NCBI GenBank assembly: GCA_046294845.1 | Contig: JBKBNU010000002.1 | Location: forward strand, 10,940 to 74,939 | Reading direction: 5' to 3' | DNA from: Micavibrio sp. | Lineage (GTDB): Bacteria > Pseudomonadota > Alphaproteobacteria > Micavibrionales > Micavibrionaceae | Length of the DNA stretch: 64,000 bases | Shown: positions 51,235 to 62,123 of the stretch, in pieces | Layout of the letters: each line of letters starts with the position of its first letter | How positions within the stretch are numbered: position 1 is the stretch's first letter | Made by a program: the position numbers and the translations under genes | Notes under the pieces: model-generated | Seen by the model: the letters and a program-made list of their open reading frames with translations, nothing else | Told to the model about the DNA's origin: nothing | The model's database searches: none

Positions 51235-52173
51235 TTATGCCATCTGATCCGTAGCTTCGCGGATGATGCAGGCGCTTCTTTGTAATTTTTCTTTTTCTTC
51301 TTTATCCAGAAGGGGCATCAAAATGTCGACAACCCCTGTCGCATTCAATATGACCGGCATTGATAATGTCACGTTTTCTATGCCTTCAATATTCCGGTGT
51401 AACTGGCTGCAGGTCAGGACCGCATTTTCGTTATTGATGATGCCGCTTGCAATCCGCGCCATCCCCGCCCCGATACCGAAATAGGTTGCGCCTTTGCCTT
51501 TGATAATACGGGCTGCAGCCTGTCTTACACCCTTATCAATTTGCTCTGTAACTTCATTGGTAATCGGACGATCGCGATCGGCAGAAAAAGCCGGCAAGGC
51601 CATCGTGCCCACAGTTGCACCCGACCAATAAAGCACTTCAGAATCCCCATGCTCGCCCAAAACATAGGCATGAACAGAATGACTGGAAACACCCAGATGC
51701 TTTGCAAGCAAAGCACGAAAGCGTGCCGTATCCAGAATAGTACCCGAGCCGATCACTCTGTTTTGCGGGATACCATGATGGGCAGCAATTTGTGTAACCA
51801 GATGTGTCATGATATCGACCGGATTGGTCGCAATCAAAAAAATCGCATCCGGCGCATAACGGATAATCTCGGGAATCATCAAATTAAAGATGTCGGCATT
51901 GCGTTTGAGAAGATCAAGGCGTGTTTCACCGGGCTTTTGATTAACCCCTGCGGCAATCATGACAACTCCGCACCCTGTCAGGTCACTGTAAGATCCCGCC
52001 TCGACAGGCATCGCGCGGGCAAACGGTGTGGCATGCAGAATATCTTCGGCTTGCGCCACAGCCAGATCAGGCAAATGATCCACCAGAATCAGGGATGTTC
52101 CCACCCCGCGCAACACACAGGCATTGGCACAGGCACTGCCGACCAAACCTGTTCCGACGACACCAATTTTCAT
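51235..52173 (-). CDS. ldh: L-lactate dehydrogenase
   Basis: 312 aa. Rossmann KIGVVGTGLVGS. AGVNQKPGETRLDLL has Gln at the specificity position, indicating LDH rather than MDH. GEHGDSEV. Confidence 0.85.
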   Translation of the reverse strand: MKIGVVGTGLVGSACANACVLRGVGTSLILVDHLPDLAVAQAEDILHATPFARAMPVEAGSYSDLTGCGVVMIAAGVNQKPGETRLDLLKRNADIFNLMIPEIIRYAPDAIFLIATNPVDIMTHLVTQIAAHHGIPQNRVIGSGTILDTARFRALLAKHLGVSSHSVHAYVLGEHGDSEVLYWSGATVGTMALPAFSADRDRPITNEVTEQIDKGVRQAAARIIKGKGATYFGIGAGMARIASGIINNENAVLTCSQLHRNIEGIENVTLSMPVILNATGVVDILMPLLDKEEKEKLQRSACIIREATDQMA

Positions 52174-52439
52174 GAACGATTCCCTTCTTTACCAATTTGC
52201 CGTCTTTTTATAGAGCAAAGACAGCCGACAGCAACTTGACTCCTGTCAAGAGTTCAGCAAATGCAACACATTGAAAAATAAGAGAAAAGCGCAATAAGCA
52301 CTCTTGAAGACCCTATCATCTTAAAGAATTGGACGAAAAAGTCCATACCTTGAAATATAATAAGAAATAATCTTGCTATTTTATAATATTGTTACGTTTT
52401 CTATTGCGTTAGAGCATCTTTATTTCTAAGTTGAACTCA

Positions 52440-52655
52440 TAGGACGCGGACAAAGGGCGGTAAAGCCTCCGCAATAGAGTGTGAAAGACAATAAAATAAG
52501 ACCCCGTGACCGGAATGTCGTTGAGCAGAACGCTAAACCGGTTAAAGCCGAAAAGGCATCAAAGCGTAAGACTGCTGGAGAGAGTAAGGCCTTGTAAAGG
52601 CCGTCATAGTCAAAAAAGCTTGAACAAATTAACCCCGCTCTGCGGGGTTTATTTT
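52440..52655 (+). ncRNA. Candidate small RNA or cis-leader ending in a strong terminator
   Basis: Several local hairpins are present: gcgga..tccgc, accgg..ccggt with an inner cgtt..aacg, and ggcctt-gta-aaggcc. The region ends in the terminator at 52631-52655. No credible ORF. Class unknown. Confidence 0.3.
52631..52655 (+). terminator. Rho-independent terminator
   Basis: aaccccgc-tct-gcggggtt followed by tatttt. Confidence 0.7.
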
Positions 52656-52745
52656 GTGAAAACGATCCCTATCCCCTGTCGGCTGGACATCAAGGTTCAT
52701 CACACATAGAATCGGAGCTTGCTACGCCTTGAAGGGGAAACATCA

Positions 52746-53174
52746 ATGAAACAGACCATCCATACCATTCTGCTCACCTGTGGCTGCGCTTTGCTGCTGA
52801 CGGGTTGTGTATCACGTGAACAAGCCAATACACAGCTGGCCAAGGGCTGCGAAGCCGGCGTGAATGCCTTGTTGCCGGAAGGCCGCACGATCAGCAAGAT
52901 CGTGGACAAGAAAGTTTCACCATCACCGGAAGGCGCCAATATGCGCCATGTCCTGATCAAAACGATTGAAACAGATGGCTTCTTTGAAGAAGAGAAGGAT
53001 TTTGAATGTCTCTTTGAAGAGAGCTTTGGCATTCTCAATATGAATTACACCGCCTCGGTTTATCAGGTCCGCACAGGTGAGCGTATCATCGGTAAATCCG
53101 GTAACGAGATTATGGGCAGTGCTGAAGACTTCCTGAAGCTGACCGATGCCATCCGCAAAGCCATGTATGAATAA
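52746..53174 (+). CDS. Hypothetical lipoprotein
   Basis: Start taken at MKQTIHTILLTCGCALLLTGC (lipobox LTGC). Confidence 0.6.
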   Translation: MKQTIHTILLTCGCALLLTGCVSREQANTQLAKGCEAGVNALLPEGRTISKIVDKKVSPSPEGANMRHVLIKTIETDGFFEEEKDFECLFEESFGILNMNYTASVYQVRTGERIIGKSGNEIMGSAEDFLKLTDAIRKAMYE

Positions 53175-53185
53175 GGCCTGATACC

Positions 53186-53596
53186 ATGAAAGGCATTACC
53201 AAGACAGCGGTTAACAGTACAAATGAGGGCAAATACCAGCAGGAAATCCAGGCAGGCCCCCATACCATCCTTGCCGATGAGCCGCGCAGCCTTGGTGGTG
53301 CTGGCACAGGCCCGACCCCGATCAGTCTGATGCTGGGGGCCTTGGGGGCCTGCACATCCATGACGCTGAAGATGTATGCCGATCACAAAGGTTTGCCGTT
53401 GAGCGGGGTTGATGTATTCCTGTCACACGAGCAACGTGAGGGTAAAGACCATATCGACCGCGAAATTGTGATTCACGGGGCAGGCCTGAGCACAGAGCAA
53501 CGCCAGCGCCTGATGGAGATTGCCGATAAATGCCCCGTGCATAAAATGCTTTCGGGCAGTGCTGTCATCACCTCGCGGGAAAAGGAAGAAGACTAG
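53186..53596 (+). CDS. OsmC-family peroxiredoxin-like protein
   Basis: 136 aa. GPTPISLMLGALGACTSMTLKMYA and ADKCPVHKML contain the two conserved Cys. Confidence 0.85.
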   Translation: MKGITKTAVNSTNEGKYQQEIQAGPHTILADEPRSLGGAGTGPTPISLMLGALGACTSMTLKMYADHKGLPLSGVDVFLSHEQREGKDHIDREIVIHGAGLSTEQRQRLMEIADKCPVHKMLSGSAVITSREKEED

Positions 53597-53622
53597 AAAT
53601 ACCCTCTGTAAACAGGAGCAAG

Positions 53623-53650
53623 AAAAAGGCCCGTTCACGGGCCCTTTTTT
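53623..53650. terminator. Bidirectional terminator between convergent genes
   Basis: aaaaa-ggcccg-ttca-cgggcc-c-tttttt. Confidence 0.7.
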
Positions 53651-54161
53651 ATTCCAGCTGCAAGCCATAGCTTGTATAGCTGCCTATATCATGTCCCGTC
53701 TTCCAGTCACGTATCATAAACATACCATTCAATTTGCTGCTGGTGATCTGGAATTCGCTATCGATCACATCCATTACACGGCGCTTGTCATGACCACCCA
53801 GCATATAAAAAGCCGGTCCGACCTCAAGAACAGGAATATCATCATCGATAAACTGGCTGCGCAGGATATCGGCCTTATAAAAACCGCTGATGACTTTCAT
53901 ACCGCTACCGCCGCGTTGGGCAGCCCAATCCGCGGGTTTCCACAAATCCTGATCCCATTGACCCGTGTGGGACTGGGTCGGATGCTCGATATAGGGTTGG
54001 AAATCAAGCTGGCGCCAATGGCTCGGCCACCAGCTCCAGATCACAGGTTTGGAGCCTGATCCCGAACCGGCTGCCTGTGCCGTGCCTGCGGCAGCAAGGC
54101 CAATACTGGCGCACACAGCGCCCATAAGGATAAAACGAACGGATCTGGACAATATCTTCAT
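53649..54161 (-). CDS. Hypothetical secreted protein
   Basis: 170 aa with a signal peptide ending AGTAQA. Trp-rich mature part. No family recognised. Confidence 0.5.
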   Translation of the reverse strand: MKILSRSVRFILMGAVCASIGLAAAGTAQAAGSGSGSKPVIWSWWPSHWRQLDFQPYIEHPTQSHTGQWDQDLWKPADWAAQRGGSGMKVISGFYKADILRSQFIDDDIPVLEVGPAFYMLGGHDKRRVMDVIDSEFQITSSKLNGMFMIRDWKTGHDIGSYTSYGLQLE

Positions 54162-54246
54162 AAGAACCCCGGTATTAAATCATTGATTCGGCAGGAAAGG
54201 CCTGATTTTTCAGGCAATATTAATTGAAGCATGATATCCTGAAAAT

Positions 54247-54660
54247 ATGATAAACGCCATCCAGATTGCACTTACGGGATTGAATGCTGCCAGCCGCAAG
54301 GTTGAGGCGGTAGCCTCGAATATCGCAAATCTGCAGGTCGAGGGTTCTCTGGACAACCCCGAACAAGCCCCGTATAGGCCGCTTACCACCCAGCAGACCG
54401 CCATTACGGACGGAAACGGGCAGGGTTTGGGCGTAACATCCGGTTTCGTACCCAAGACACAACCCTTTGTGCCGGCGTATAATCCGGGATCGCCTTTTGC
54501 CAATAGCGAGGGTGTTGTGGGGGTTCCAAACGTTGATCTGGCCGAAGAATCCGTCAATCTGACGATTGCCAAAAATGCTTATAAAGCCAATCTCTCTGTG
54601 ATTAAAACAACAGAGGAGATGACCGACGAATTGCTCAGGACCTTTGACCGCGACGCCTAA
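54247..54660 (+). CDS. Flagellar basal-body rod protein FlgC-like (isolated)
   Basis: 137 aa. N-terminus ALTGLNAASRKVEAVASNIAN. C-terminus GVVGVPNVDLAEESVNLTIAKNAYKANLSV parallels E. coli FlgC. Confidence 0.65.
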   Translation: MINAIQIALTGLNAASRKVEAVASNIANLQVEGSLDNPEQAPYRPLTTQQTAITDGNGQGLGVTSGFVPKTQPFVPAYNPGSPFANSEGVVGVPNVDLAEESVNLTIAKNAYKANLSVIKTTEEMTDELLRTFDRDA

Positions 54661-54682
54661 GCCCCCGCTCTTATCAAGCCCG

Positions 54683-56386
54683 TTAAGCCCTGACATCCTC
54701 CCGCATCTGATGGATATATTCGACCATGCGTCTGCCAATTTCACGCGGACCAGTCAGTGCTAATGTCACATTCTGTTCCATGAAATAACCCAGCTCTTCA
54801 TCATTATGCGCGCGCACCAGAACTTTGATATCGGGTTTGATCTCGCGGGCGGTTTCAAGAATGCGTCTGGTTTCAAACGGATCGGGCACGGCAATCACAA
54901 CAGCCACGGCCCGTTCGATCGCGGCTTCTTTCAGAACTTCAGGATAGCTGGCATCACCCGCAATAGCGTGGAAATTATTTTCGCGTAAAGCCTCTACGCG
55001 CTCGCGATTCTGATCCACAATTACAAGGTCGATATGGGCCTGCTGCACATTTTCTGCGATATGACGCCCGACACGGCCATAACCCACAACAATGACCAGA
55101 TCGCGCAGACCTTGCTTTTCATCAGCGCGCAAACAGGCAAGATTGTTATCCCGCATATTGAACACCCCCGAAAGTTTGGGCTGACGTCCAACATATTCAT
55201 AAACCTTCCTTGCAAAATAGAAAGTAAGCGGGTTCAGCGCAATCGAGATCATGGCCCCCGCCAAAATCAGGTTACGTCCTTCCTCGGGTAACAGGCCATA
55301 AGCTGTCCCGAGTGTAATAAGGATAAAGGAAAATTCACCGATCTGGGCAAGGCCCGCCGAAACTAACAGCCCTGTTTTGAGCGGATATTTAAAAGCCAGC
55401 ACAATCAGGAAAGCCGCCAGCGACTTACCAACCATAATAATAGCCACTACCAATACGACATGAAGGGGGCTCTCGATCAAAATGGCGGGATCAAACAACA
55501 TCCCCACGGCCACGAAAAAGAGAACGGCAAAAGCATCCTGAAACGGCAGGGCACGGTCGGCGACCTCGTGGTTCAAATCAGATTCACGGATCATCATACC
55601 GGCGAAAAAAGCACCCAACGCAAAAGAAACACCAAAAAGCTTGGACGCGCCAAACGCCACACCCAACGCACACCCAAACACCGCCAGAGTAAAAAGCTCA
55701 CGCGAGCGCGTATGGGCAACCACGGTCAGAAGCCATGGCAAAATGCGCTTTCCGGCCACCACCATGATCACGACAAACAAGGCAACTTTACCCAATGCCA
55801 CTGCCAATGTTTCCAGCACGGATGCTTGCGCCCCTGCGGCGTCTGCCCCTGCCCCGTATTTCACAGCCAAAGCAGGTATCAATACGAGTGCTAAAACCAT
55901 GACAAGATCTTCAACAATCAACCAGCCAATTGCAATCCGGCCATCATTTGTTTGCAACAGACTATGCTCCTCGAGCGAGCGTAACAACACCACCGTTGAG
56001 GCCACAGACAGTGCCAGACCAAACATCAGGCCGCTGGCTAAGGACCAGCCCCATAAGGACGTCAGCCCCACGGCCAGTGCCATCGCGACGCATATCTGTA
56101 CTACCGCGCCCGGCAAGGCAATTTTGCGTACATCCATCAAATCTTTCAGCGAGAAATGAAGCCCGACGCCAAACATCAAAAGAACAATCCCTATTTCGGA
56201 GAGCTGTTCGGCCAGATGAATATCAGCAATATAACCGGGCGTATGCGGACCCATGATCACGCCCGCCAGCAAATAACCGACAATCGGCGGCATCCGCAAT
56301 TTGACAGCCACCAGCCCCAGTACAAAAGCCAGACTCATGCCTACGGCAACGGTCGAAACCAAGGGAAGATCATGCGGAACGGCCAT
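54683..56386 (-). CDS. CPA2-family cation:proton antiporter with C-terminal TrkA-N/KTN domain (YbaL/KefB-like)
   Basis: Start taken at MAVPHDLPLVSTV (56386). Multi-TM Na_H_exchanger-type core, then the Rossmann motif VIVVGYGRVGRHIA. The ORF-track N-terminal extension would overlap the leuS start. Confidence 0.85.
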   Translation of the reverse strand: MAVPHDLPLVSTVAVGMSLAFVLGLVAVKLRMPPIVGYLLAGVIMGPHTPGYIADIHLAEQLSEIGIVLLMFGVGLHFSLKDLMDVRKIALPGAVVQICVAMALAVGLTSLWGWSLASGLMFGLALSVASTVVLLRSLEEHSLLQTNDGRIAIGWLIVEDLVMVLALVLIPALAVKYGAGADAAGAQASVLETLAVALGKVALFVVIMVVAGKRILPWLLTVVAHTRSRELFTLAVFGCALGVAFGASKLFGVSFALGAFFAGMMIRESDLNHEVADRALPFQDAFAVLFFVAVGMLFDPAILIESPLHVVLVVAIIMVGKSLAAFLIVLAFKYPLKTGLLVSAGLAQIGEFSFILITLGTAYGLLPEEGRNLILAGAMISIALNPLTFYFARKVYEYVGRQPKLSGVFNMRDNNLACLRADEKQGLRDLVIVVGYGRVGRHIAENVQQAHIDLVIVDQNRERVEALRENNFHAIAGDASYPEVLKEAAIERAVAVVIAVPDPFETRRILETAREIKPDIKVLVRAHNDEELGYFMEQNVTLALTGPREIGRRMVEYIHQMREDVRA

Positions 56387-56592
56387 ACTGAGAAAACCCT
56401 TTCTACTCCAGCAATTCAGGAACGGTTGCCTGCTACTGTCGCAAATTCCGGCAAAAGCGCCTAGCCCTTTCCTGATGAAATAAAATATGACAAATTGTGG
56501 GGTAATAAGGCTGTGATTTTCCAGCATGGTTATGCTATTCATGGGGCCGGTCAAACCACCACTAAAAGCTTTTAAAAAATACGAGTTAAAAC

Positions 56593-59124
56593 ATGAGCGC
56601 AAAATACGATCCGCAGGCCATCGAAACCAAATGGCAGAAGCATTGGGAAGACAACGCGACCTTTAGCGTGCCGAACGATTACACCAAGCCGAAATATTAT
56701 GTGCTCGATATGTTTCCTTATCCGTCAGGCGCGGGTCTTCACGTTGGTCACCCCGAAGGTTACACCGCGACCGATATTGTGGCGCGTTACAAACGTATGA
56801 ATGGTTTTAATGTTCTGCACCCGATGGGCTGGGATGCGTTTGGCTTGCCCGCTGAACGCGCCGCCGTGCGCGAAGGCCGTCATCCGGCTGTGATCACAAA
56901 AGAAAACGTCACCAATTTCCGCAAACAGATTAAACGCCTCGGCCTGTCCTATGACTGGAAGCGCGAAGTTGATACCAGCAGCGTGGAATATTACCGCTGG
57001 ACGCAGTGGATTTTCCTGAAACTTTATGAGCAGGGCCTTGCGTATCTTGCCGAAGTGCCTGTGAACTGGTGTCCGGCCCAAGGAACCGTTCTCGCCAACG
57101 AAGAGGTGCAAGACGGCAAATATGTGGAAACAGGCGATCCGGTCGAACGCCGCATGATGCGCCAATGGATGCTGAAAATTACCGCCTATGCCGAGCGCCT
57201 TCTGGTTGATCTGGATGAACTGGACTGGCCCGCAGGCATTATAGAGATGCAACGCCAATGGATTGGTAAATCTGTCGGTGCACGCGTCACCTTTGGTATT
57301 GAAGGCAGCGATAAGACATTCGAAGTCTTCACCACCCGCCCCGATACATTATTCGGCGCGACGTTCTGTGTGCTGGCCCCCGAACATCCTTTGGTGGCCG
57401 CGATCACAACAGAAGCACAGAAAGGCGCTATTGCGGCTTATATCGATAAGGTCAAAAACACAAGCGACCTTGATCGCGATCTGGCCGCTGCCAAGGAAAA
57501 GACAGGCGTCTTCACAGGAGCTTACGCGATCAACCCCGCCAGTGGTGCCAAAACACCGGTCTGGATTGCCGATTACGTCAAGGCCGACTACGGCTCAGGT
57601 GCGATCATGGCGGTTCCCGCTCACGATGAGCGCGATTACGAGTTCGCCAAAGTTTTTGGCCTGTCCATCACAGAGGTTGTCAAAGGCGGTAAGATTGCCG
57701 AAGCCGCCTACGCCGAAGAAGGCACAGCCGTAAATTCAGGCTTCCTTGATGGCCTGCCCACAGCCGAGGCCAAAGCCAAAATGATTAAATGGCTGGAAGA
57801 AAAAGGCGTCGGTCAGGGCGAAACCACTTATAAACTGCGTGACTGGCTGTTCTCACGTCAGCGTTATTGGGGTGAACCGTTCCCGATCATGCATAATGAA
57901 AAGACAGGCGAGATTATTCCTGTCCCTTATGACCAGTTGCCGATTACGCTGCCGGAATTGAGTGAATATAAACCCACCGATACGGGCGAACCGCCACTGG
58001 CCCGCGCTACAGACTGGATGAAAGTTGATATGGACGGGGAAGCCCTGATCCGTGAAACCAACACCATGCCGCAATGGGCGGGTTCATGCTGGTACTATCT
58101 GCGTTATATGGACCCCACCAACGACAAGATGCCGTTTGATCCGGCAGCCGAAAAATACTGGGGCCCCGTCGATCTGTATGTCGGTGGCGTGGAACACGCT
58201 GTGTTGCACCTGCTCTATGCACGTTTTTGGCACAAGGTTCTGTTTGATTGCGGTCTGGTTCATACAAAAGAACCTTTCAAGAAGCTGTTTAACCAGGGCA
58301 TGATTTTGGGCATCAGCCACCGCGATGAAAAAGGCAAGTTCTATGGCCCGTACGATGTCGAATATCGTGACGGTAAGCCTTTCGTGAAGGGGACAGAGAC
58401 CCCCCTCACGCCGCGCGAAGAAAAAATGTCCAAATCAAAGCTGAACGTCGTCAACCCTGATGATGTAGTGGCCGAATATGGCGCGGACTCGCTTCGTCTT
58501 TATGAAATGTTCATGGGCCCGCTCGAAGCGGTCAAGCCATGGCAGACTAGCGGCGTAAAGGGCGTTCACGGTTTCCTCGAACGCGCATGGTCGTTGCTGA
58601 TCGATACCGAAACCGGTGCGCTCAACAGCTTTATCAGTGATGAGAAAGAGCACGCCGCCAGTGACGAACTGCGCCGTGAAATCAATATCACCGTCAAAAA
58701 AGTCGGTGAAGATATCGACAATATGCGTTTCAACACCTCGATCGCCAAAATGATGGAGTTTGTGAACCTCGCAAAGAAACAGGACAAGCTTCCCAAAGAG
58801 ATTGCCGAGAAATTCGTTCTGGTGCTGGCACCGTTTGCCCCGCACATGGCCGAAGAATTGTGGGCCCGTCTGGGTCACAGCGAGAGCCTTGCCTATCATG
58901 CATGGCCGTCATACGACCCGAACTGGCTGCAATCGGATACGGTGCTGATTACCGTTCATATTAACGGCAAGAAACGCGCAGAAATTCAAGTCACACGAGG
59001 CCAAGGCGAAGCCGATGTCAAGAAAATGGCACAAGACTTGCCTGCCATTGCCGAAAAACTCGAAGGCCAGAACATCAAGAAGGTCATTTTCGTACCGGAA
59101 AAACTGGTCAACTTTATTGTCTAG
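56593..59124 (+). CDS. leuS: Leucine--tRNA ligase
   Basis: 843 aa. HIGH-type motif (HVGHPEGY), KMSKS, and a CP1 editing region. Confidence 0.97.
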   Translation: MSAKYDPQAIETKWQKHWEDNATFSVPNDYTKPKYYVLDMFPYPSGAGLHVGHPEGYTATDIVARYKRMNGFNVLHPMGWDAFGLPAERAAVREGRHPAVITKENVTNFRKQIKRLGLSYDWKREVDTSSVEYYRWTQWIFLKLYEQGLAYLAEVPVNWCPAQGTVLANEEVQDGKYVETGDPVERRMMRQWMLKITAYAERLLVDLDELDWPAGIIEMQRQWIGKSVGARVTFGIEGSDKTFEVFTTRPDTLFGATFCVLAPEHPLVAAITTEAQKGAIAAYIDKVKNTSDLDRDLAAAKEKTGVFTGAYAINPASGAKTPVWIADYVKADYGSGAIMAVPAHDERDYEFAKVFGLSITEVVKGGKIAEAAYAEEGTAVNSGFLDGLPTAEAKAKMIKWLEEKGVGQGETTYKLRDWLFSRQRYWGEPFPIMHNEKTGEIIPVPYDQLPITLPELSEYKPTDTGEPPLARATDWMKVDMDGEALIRETNTMPQWAGSCWYYLRYMDPTNDKMPFDPAAEKYWGPVDLYVGGVEHAVLHLLYARFWHKVLFDCGLVHTKEPFKKLFNQGMILGISHRDEKGKFYGPYDVEYRDGKPFVKGTETPLTPREEKMSKSKLNVVNPDDVVAEYGADSLRLYEMFMGPLEAVKPWQTSGVKGVHGFLERAWSLLIDTETGALNSFISDEKEHAASDELRREINITVKKVGEDIDNMRFNTSIAKMMEFVNLAKKQDKLPKEIAEKFVLVLAPFAPHMAEELWARLGHSESLAYHAWPSYDPNWLQSDTVLITVHINGKKRAEIQVTRGQGEADVKKMAQDLPAIAEKLEGQNIKKVIFVPEKLVNFIV

Positions 59125-59130
59125 GCGGTT

Positions 59131-59745
59131 ATGAGCCATATCGAAATCATTGCCGGTGTCGGCGCCGGAAAGACATCATTGGGCAAAGCCCTGCAACAGC
59201 AGGACTTTGTTTTCATACCGGAAGAATTTGAAAACAACCCTTTCCTGATCCCCTTTCATCAAGATCCGTGGTCATGTGCATTTGAATTCGGCATGACAAT
59301 GCTGGCGCTGCATTATCATCAGCTTCATAAAGAAGAAATCAAATCACCGTACACCGTCTTTGATTTTTCGCTCATTACCAACGAAGCCTATGCCCGCTCT
59401 TACGCCGATTTTGAATTGATGAAACCCTCTTTGGCCGGAAGTTATATCGAGGCCGCCCGTGCGGCCCGCCACGAAGCCCGCAAGCCGTCTTTAAGAATTT
59501 TGCTGGAGCTTCCCGCCGCCATACAGATGGAACGTATCCGCCAAAGAGGGCGGGAGCTGGAGAAAGAAGACCGGACCAGCCAGGCCTTCATCGAGACCCT
59601 GAACAATCATATCGCCCATATTATCGCGGGCCTTGATGACCAGACCCCGCTTTTGCGCGTCGATGCGACGGCCTATAACTGGGTCAAAAATTCTGGTGAT
59701 GGCAAAATCGTTGCCGATCAGGTCACACAAGCGCTCAAGCCGTAA
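59131..59745 (+). CDS. Deoxynucleoside kinase-family protein
   Basis: 204 aa. P-loop IAGVGAGKTS, an ERS-like segment, and an RxxxRGR lid (RIRQRGRELE). Confidence 0.7.
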   Translation: MSHIEIIAGVGAGKTSLGKALQQQDFVFIPEEFENNPFLIPFHQDPWSCAFEFGMTMLALHYHQLHKEEIKSPYTVFDFSLITNEAYARSYADFELMKPSLAGSYIEAARAARHEARKPSLRILLELPAAIQMERIRQRGRELEKEDRTSQAFIETLNNHIAHIIAGLDDQTPLLRVDATAYNWVKNSGDGKIVADQVTQALKP

Positions 59746-60706
59746 TTATCAGCAGGGTAAAACCCGAAACCGCGAGCCACAATAAAACCCCATGCAATAA
59801 TGTTTTCACGTTCAGGGTCTTCAGAGCTTGATAGCTTAAATTCACCCCCACCAAGAAGAGTGTGAAAACAAAAAGGCGTTTGGCTGCAAAAGCCACCATG
59901 TCCCCGACATTTTCAAGCGCAGGTACATAGGTAAAAAACGCCGCCATGCATAAGAACCCGAGAATAAACCATGGTTTTTTGGGCTTTCCCTTCCCTTCGG
60001 CCTGCACGGCAAAAAGCTGGTAACGCGCATAAATAAAGCCGATCACCAAGGTCATGGGAATAATCCACAACGCCCGCGCCAGCTTCACCGTTGTGCCTGT
60101 ATCCAAAGCTTCCGGTCCATAAGCCATAGAGGCCGCGACAACAGAACTGGTGTCATGAATAGCAATCGCCGCCCATAAACCAAATTGATGCTGGTCCAGT
60201 CCCAACCAATGACCAAGCGGCGGGAATATCAAAAGCGCCAACGCATTCAGCAGGAAGACCAAGGCCAGTGATAATGTCACATCTTCATCACGGGCATGAA
60301 TGGTTGCCGATACGGCCGCAATCGCACTGCCCCCGCAGATAGCTGTTCCAGCACTGACCAGCAAGGCGCGGTCACGCCCGATGCCAAACAGCCGCCCTAG
60401 CCCCAAGCCCCCTATAAAGGCCGCCGCAATCCCGCATGCGGTATAAAGGAAACCTTGCGAGCCCACAGCCAGAACTTCGTTTATATTCATCGCCGCACCA
60501 ATACCGATGATGGCAATCGCCATAAAGCGCGGTGTCAGTTTTTTTGTGATGCTGCTAAAAGGATTACCCACGCCCAACGCCACAGTGATGCCGATCAGCA
60601 AAGCCATAGCCCCGCTAACAAACGGCAGAAGAATAAGAACGGGCGAAAGCAGAAGAAATATTTTTCCTGCCTTTAAACGCACATCTTGTAGGGCAATATT
60701 ACTCAT
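59735..60706 (-). CDS. YeiH/UPF0324-family putative sulfate exporter
   Basis: 323 aa. Polytopic membrane protein whose overall pattern resembles YeiH. Confidence 0.6.
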   Translation of the reverse strand: MSNIALQDVRLKAGKIFLLLSPVLILLPFVSGAMALLIGITVALGVGNPFSSITKKLTPRFMAIAIIGIGAAMNINEVLAVGSQGFLYTACGIAAAFIGGLGLGRLFGIGRDRALLVSAGTAICGGSAIAAVSATIHARDEDVTLSLALVFLLNALALLIFPPLGHWLGLDQHQFGLWAAIAIHDTSSVVAASMAYGPEALDTGTTVKLARALWIIPMTLVIGFIYARYQLFAVQAEGKGKPKKPWFILGFLCMAAFFTYVPALENVGDMVAFAAKRLFVFTLFLVGVNLSYQALKTLNVKTLLHGVLLWLAVSGFTLLIITA

Positions 60707-60760
60707 AAAAGAACCTCTGGCCTGTTATCATACAGACCAGTATCGATAGTGCCAGAGAAA

Positions 60761-61981
60761 TCAGGATGGTTGATGGCGTGGCTGGGAAGGCGTGACAGGT
60801 CTGGAAACCTCACCTGCATATTTTTCCATGATCTTGCGCGCTTCCTGTACCCATAGCGGCAGGATCGTTTCAAGAGCATTGGCATGAGCAACATCATGTA
60901 CAGTTTGTGTTTCCTTATGCGCAGGGGCCAGTCCGGCAATCTCTTGCAAGACCAATGACAGAGCTGCCTGCAATCCTTCTTTGCGGGATGTTCCCTCACC
61001 AAAGGCCTCTTTGGCTTGTAATTTCTCACGAAGAGAATCACGCAAAGGACCAAAACTGTTCATAGCCACGGCATTTACACGCTTGGTCCAGCTGAAATCA
61101 TGGCCAAGATTACCGGCATAACCGCCTGCTTTACCGAACTGATCGAAGTGAAAATCCTGCAGATCGTCATACAAAACTTTCAAGCCTTCGATAAAACCTT
61201 CCCTGAAATCGATGTTATCGTTTGATCTGCCAAGACTCTCATCTCTTGCAACTTCAATCAACTCTGCCAGTTGCTCGTGATTATTGAGCGCCATATTTTC
61301 GCGGCTATGCAGGGGTGGCCAGAGCGTCGGCATTTTCGAAGCACGACGGGCAAAACGATCAAGCGGATATTGCTGGTTGAGAACAGCTTGCTTGAAACGC
61401 TGCCCCAGAGATTTTGTCCCGATCTGCGCTTCCGTGCCTTCATAGGCAATCAGGCGGGGTTCCGGTGTCTTGCTGGTAATTTGTTCATGTATCCGCATAT
61501 AAATACTATCAACCAGCAAAGCATGGTTGTAGGAAAACATTTGCGGCATGGCGATTTCATTTTCTTCCGCCAGATCATTGAGAGAATTTTTTGAAGTTAC
61601 AAACGGCTTGAAAATTTCATCGCCGTTGATTGTCCCGAGCAAGACCGTCATATCGTCAATCGCCGACATGACACCGGCATTATAATCGCCGCCCGTAATC
61701 GGTTTATATGTGGGAATACTGTCCGTTCCTGTGATGGCATAGACGGTGGCACCGGACTCAAGATCTTCAATAACAACACGCAAAGCGTTCAGGTTGGCAC
61801 GTGTTACCCCTTTGGCAATCTGCACAAACGGGTTGAGCGCCTGCTTCTTCACGCCCGGGCCGGTGAAATCACCAACAACCACACGGGCAAAGCGGTCCAC
61901 ATCATCAATCAGAAGCTGACGAGTTTTATGGAGTGTGTTACGCCGTCCTGAGGCGTAATCGTTTTCTGGCTGTTCGGCCAT
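60761..61981 (-). CDS. Hypothetical protein
   Basis: 406 aa, soluble, with no recognisable motif. Confidence 0.5.
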   Translation of the reverse strand: MAEQPENDYASGRRNTLHKTRQLLIDDVDRFARVVVGDFTGPGVKKQALNPFVQIAKGVTRANLNALRVVIEDLESGATVYAITGTDSIPTYKPITGGDYNAGVMSAIDDMTVLLGTINGDEIFKPFVTSKNSLNDLAEENEIAMPQMFSYNHALLVDSIYMRIHEQITSKTPEPRLIAYEGTEAQIGTKSLGQRFKQAVLNQQYPLDRFARRASKMPTLWPPLHSRENMALNNHEQLAELIEVARDESLGRSNDNIDFREGFIEGLKVLYDDLQDFHFDQFGKAGGYAGNLGHDFSWTKRVNAVAMNSFGPLRDSLREKLQAKEAFGEGTSRKEGLQAALSLVLQEIAGLAPAHKETQTVHDVAHANALETILPLWVQEARKIMEKYAGEVSRPVTPSQPRHQPS

Positions 61982-62123
61982 TTATAAAACTGTCCCTGTT
62001 TAGTCTTTATTTTTTATTATAGGGGAACAGTAACGCAGCCTGTCTGCCACGTAAACCTTTTTGGCATGAAAGTTAAAACGTTTAATATCAAAGCGTTAAA
62101 CTTGGCTTTCGCTGAAGAAGCCG

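Noticed and set aside
52506-52709. 67-aa ORF in the ldh-lipoprotein intergenic region
   Set aside because: It is basic and low-complexity, reads straight through a strong intrinsic terminator, and has no RBS.
56387-56602. 72-residue N-terminal extension of the CPA2 antiporter ORF
   Set aside because: It would overlap the leuS start on the opposite strand and has no transporter-like sequence. The first TM helix follows the Met at 56386.
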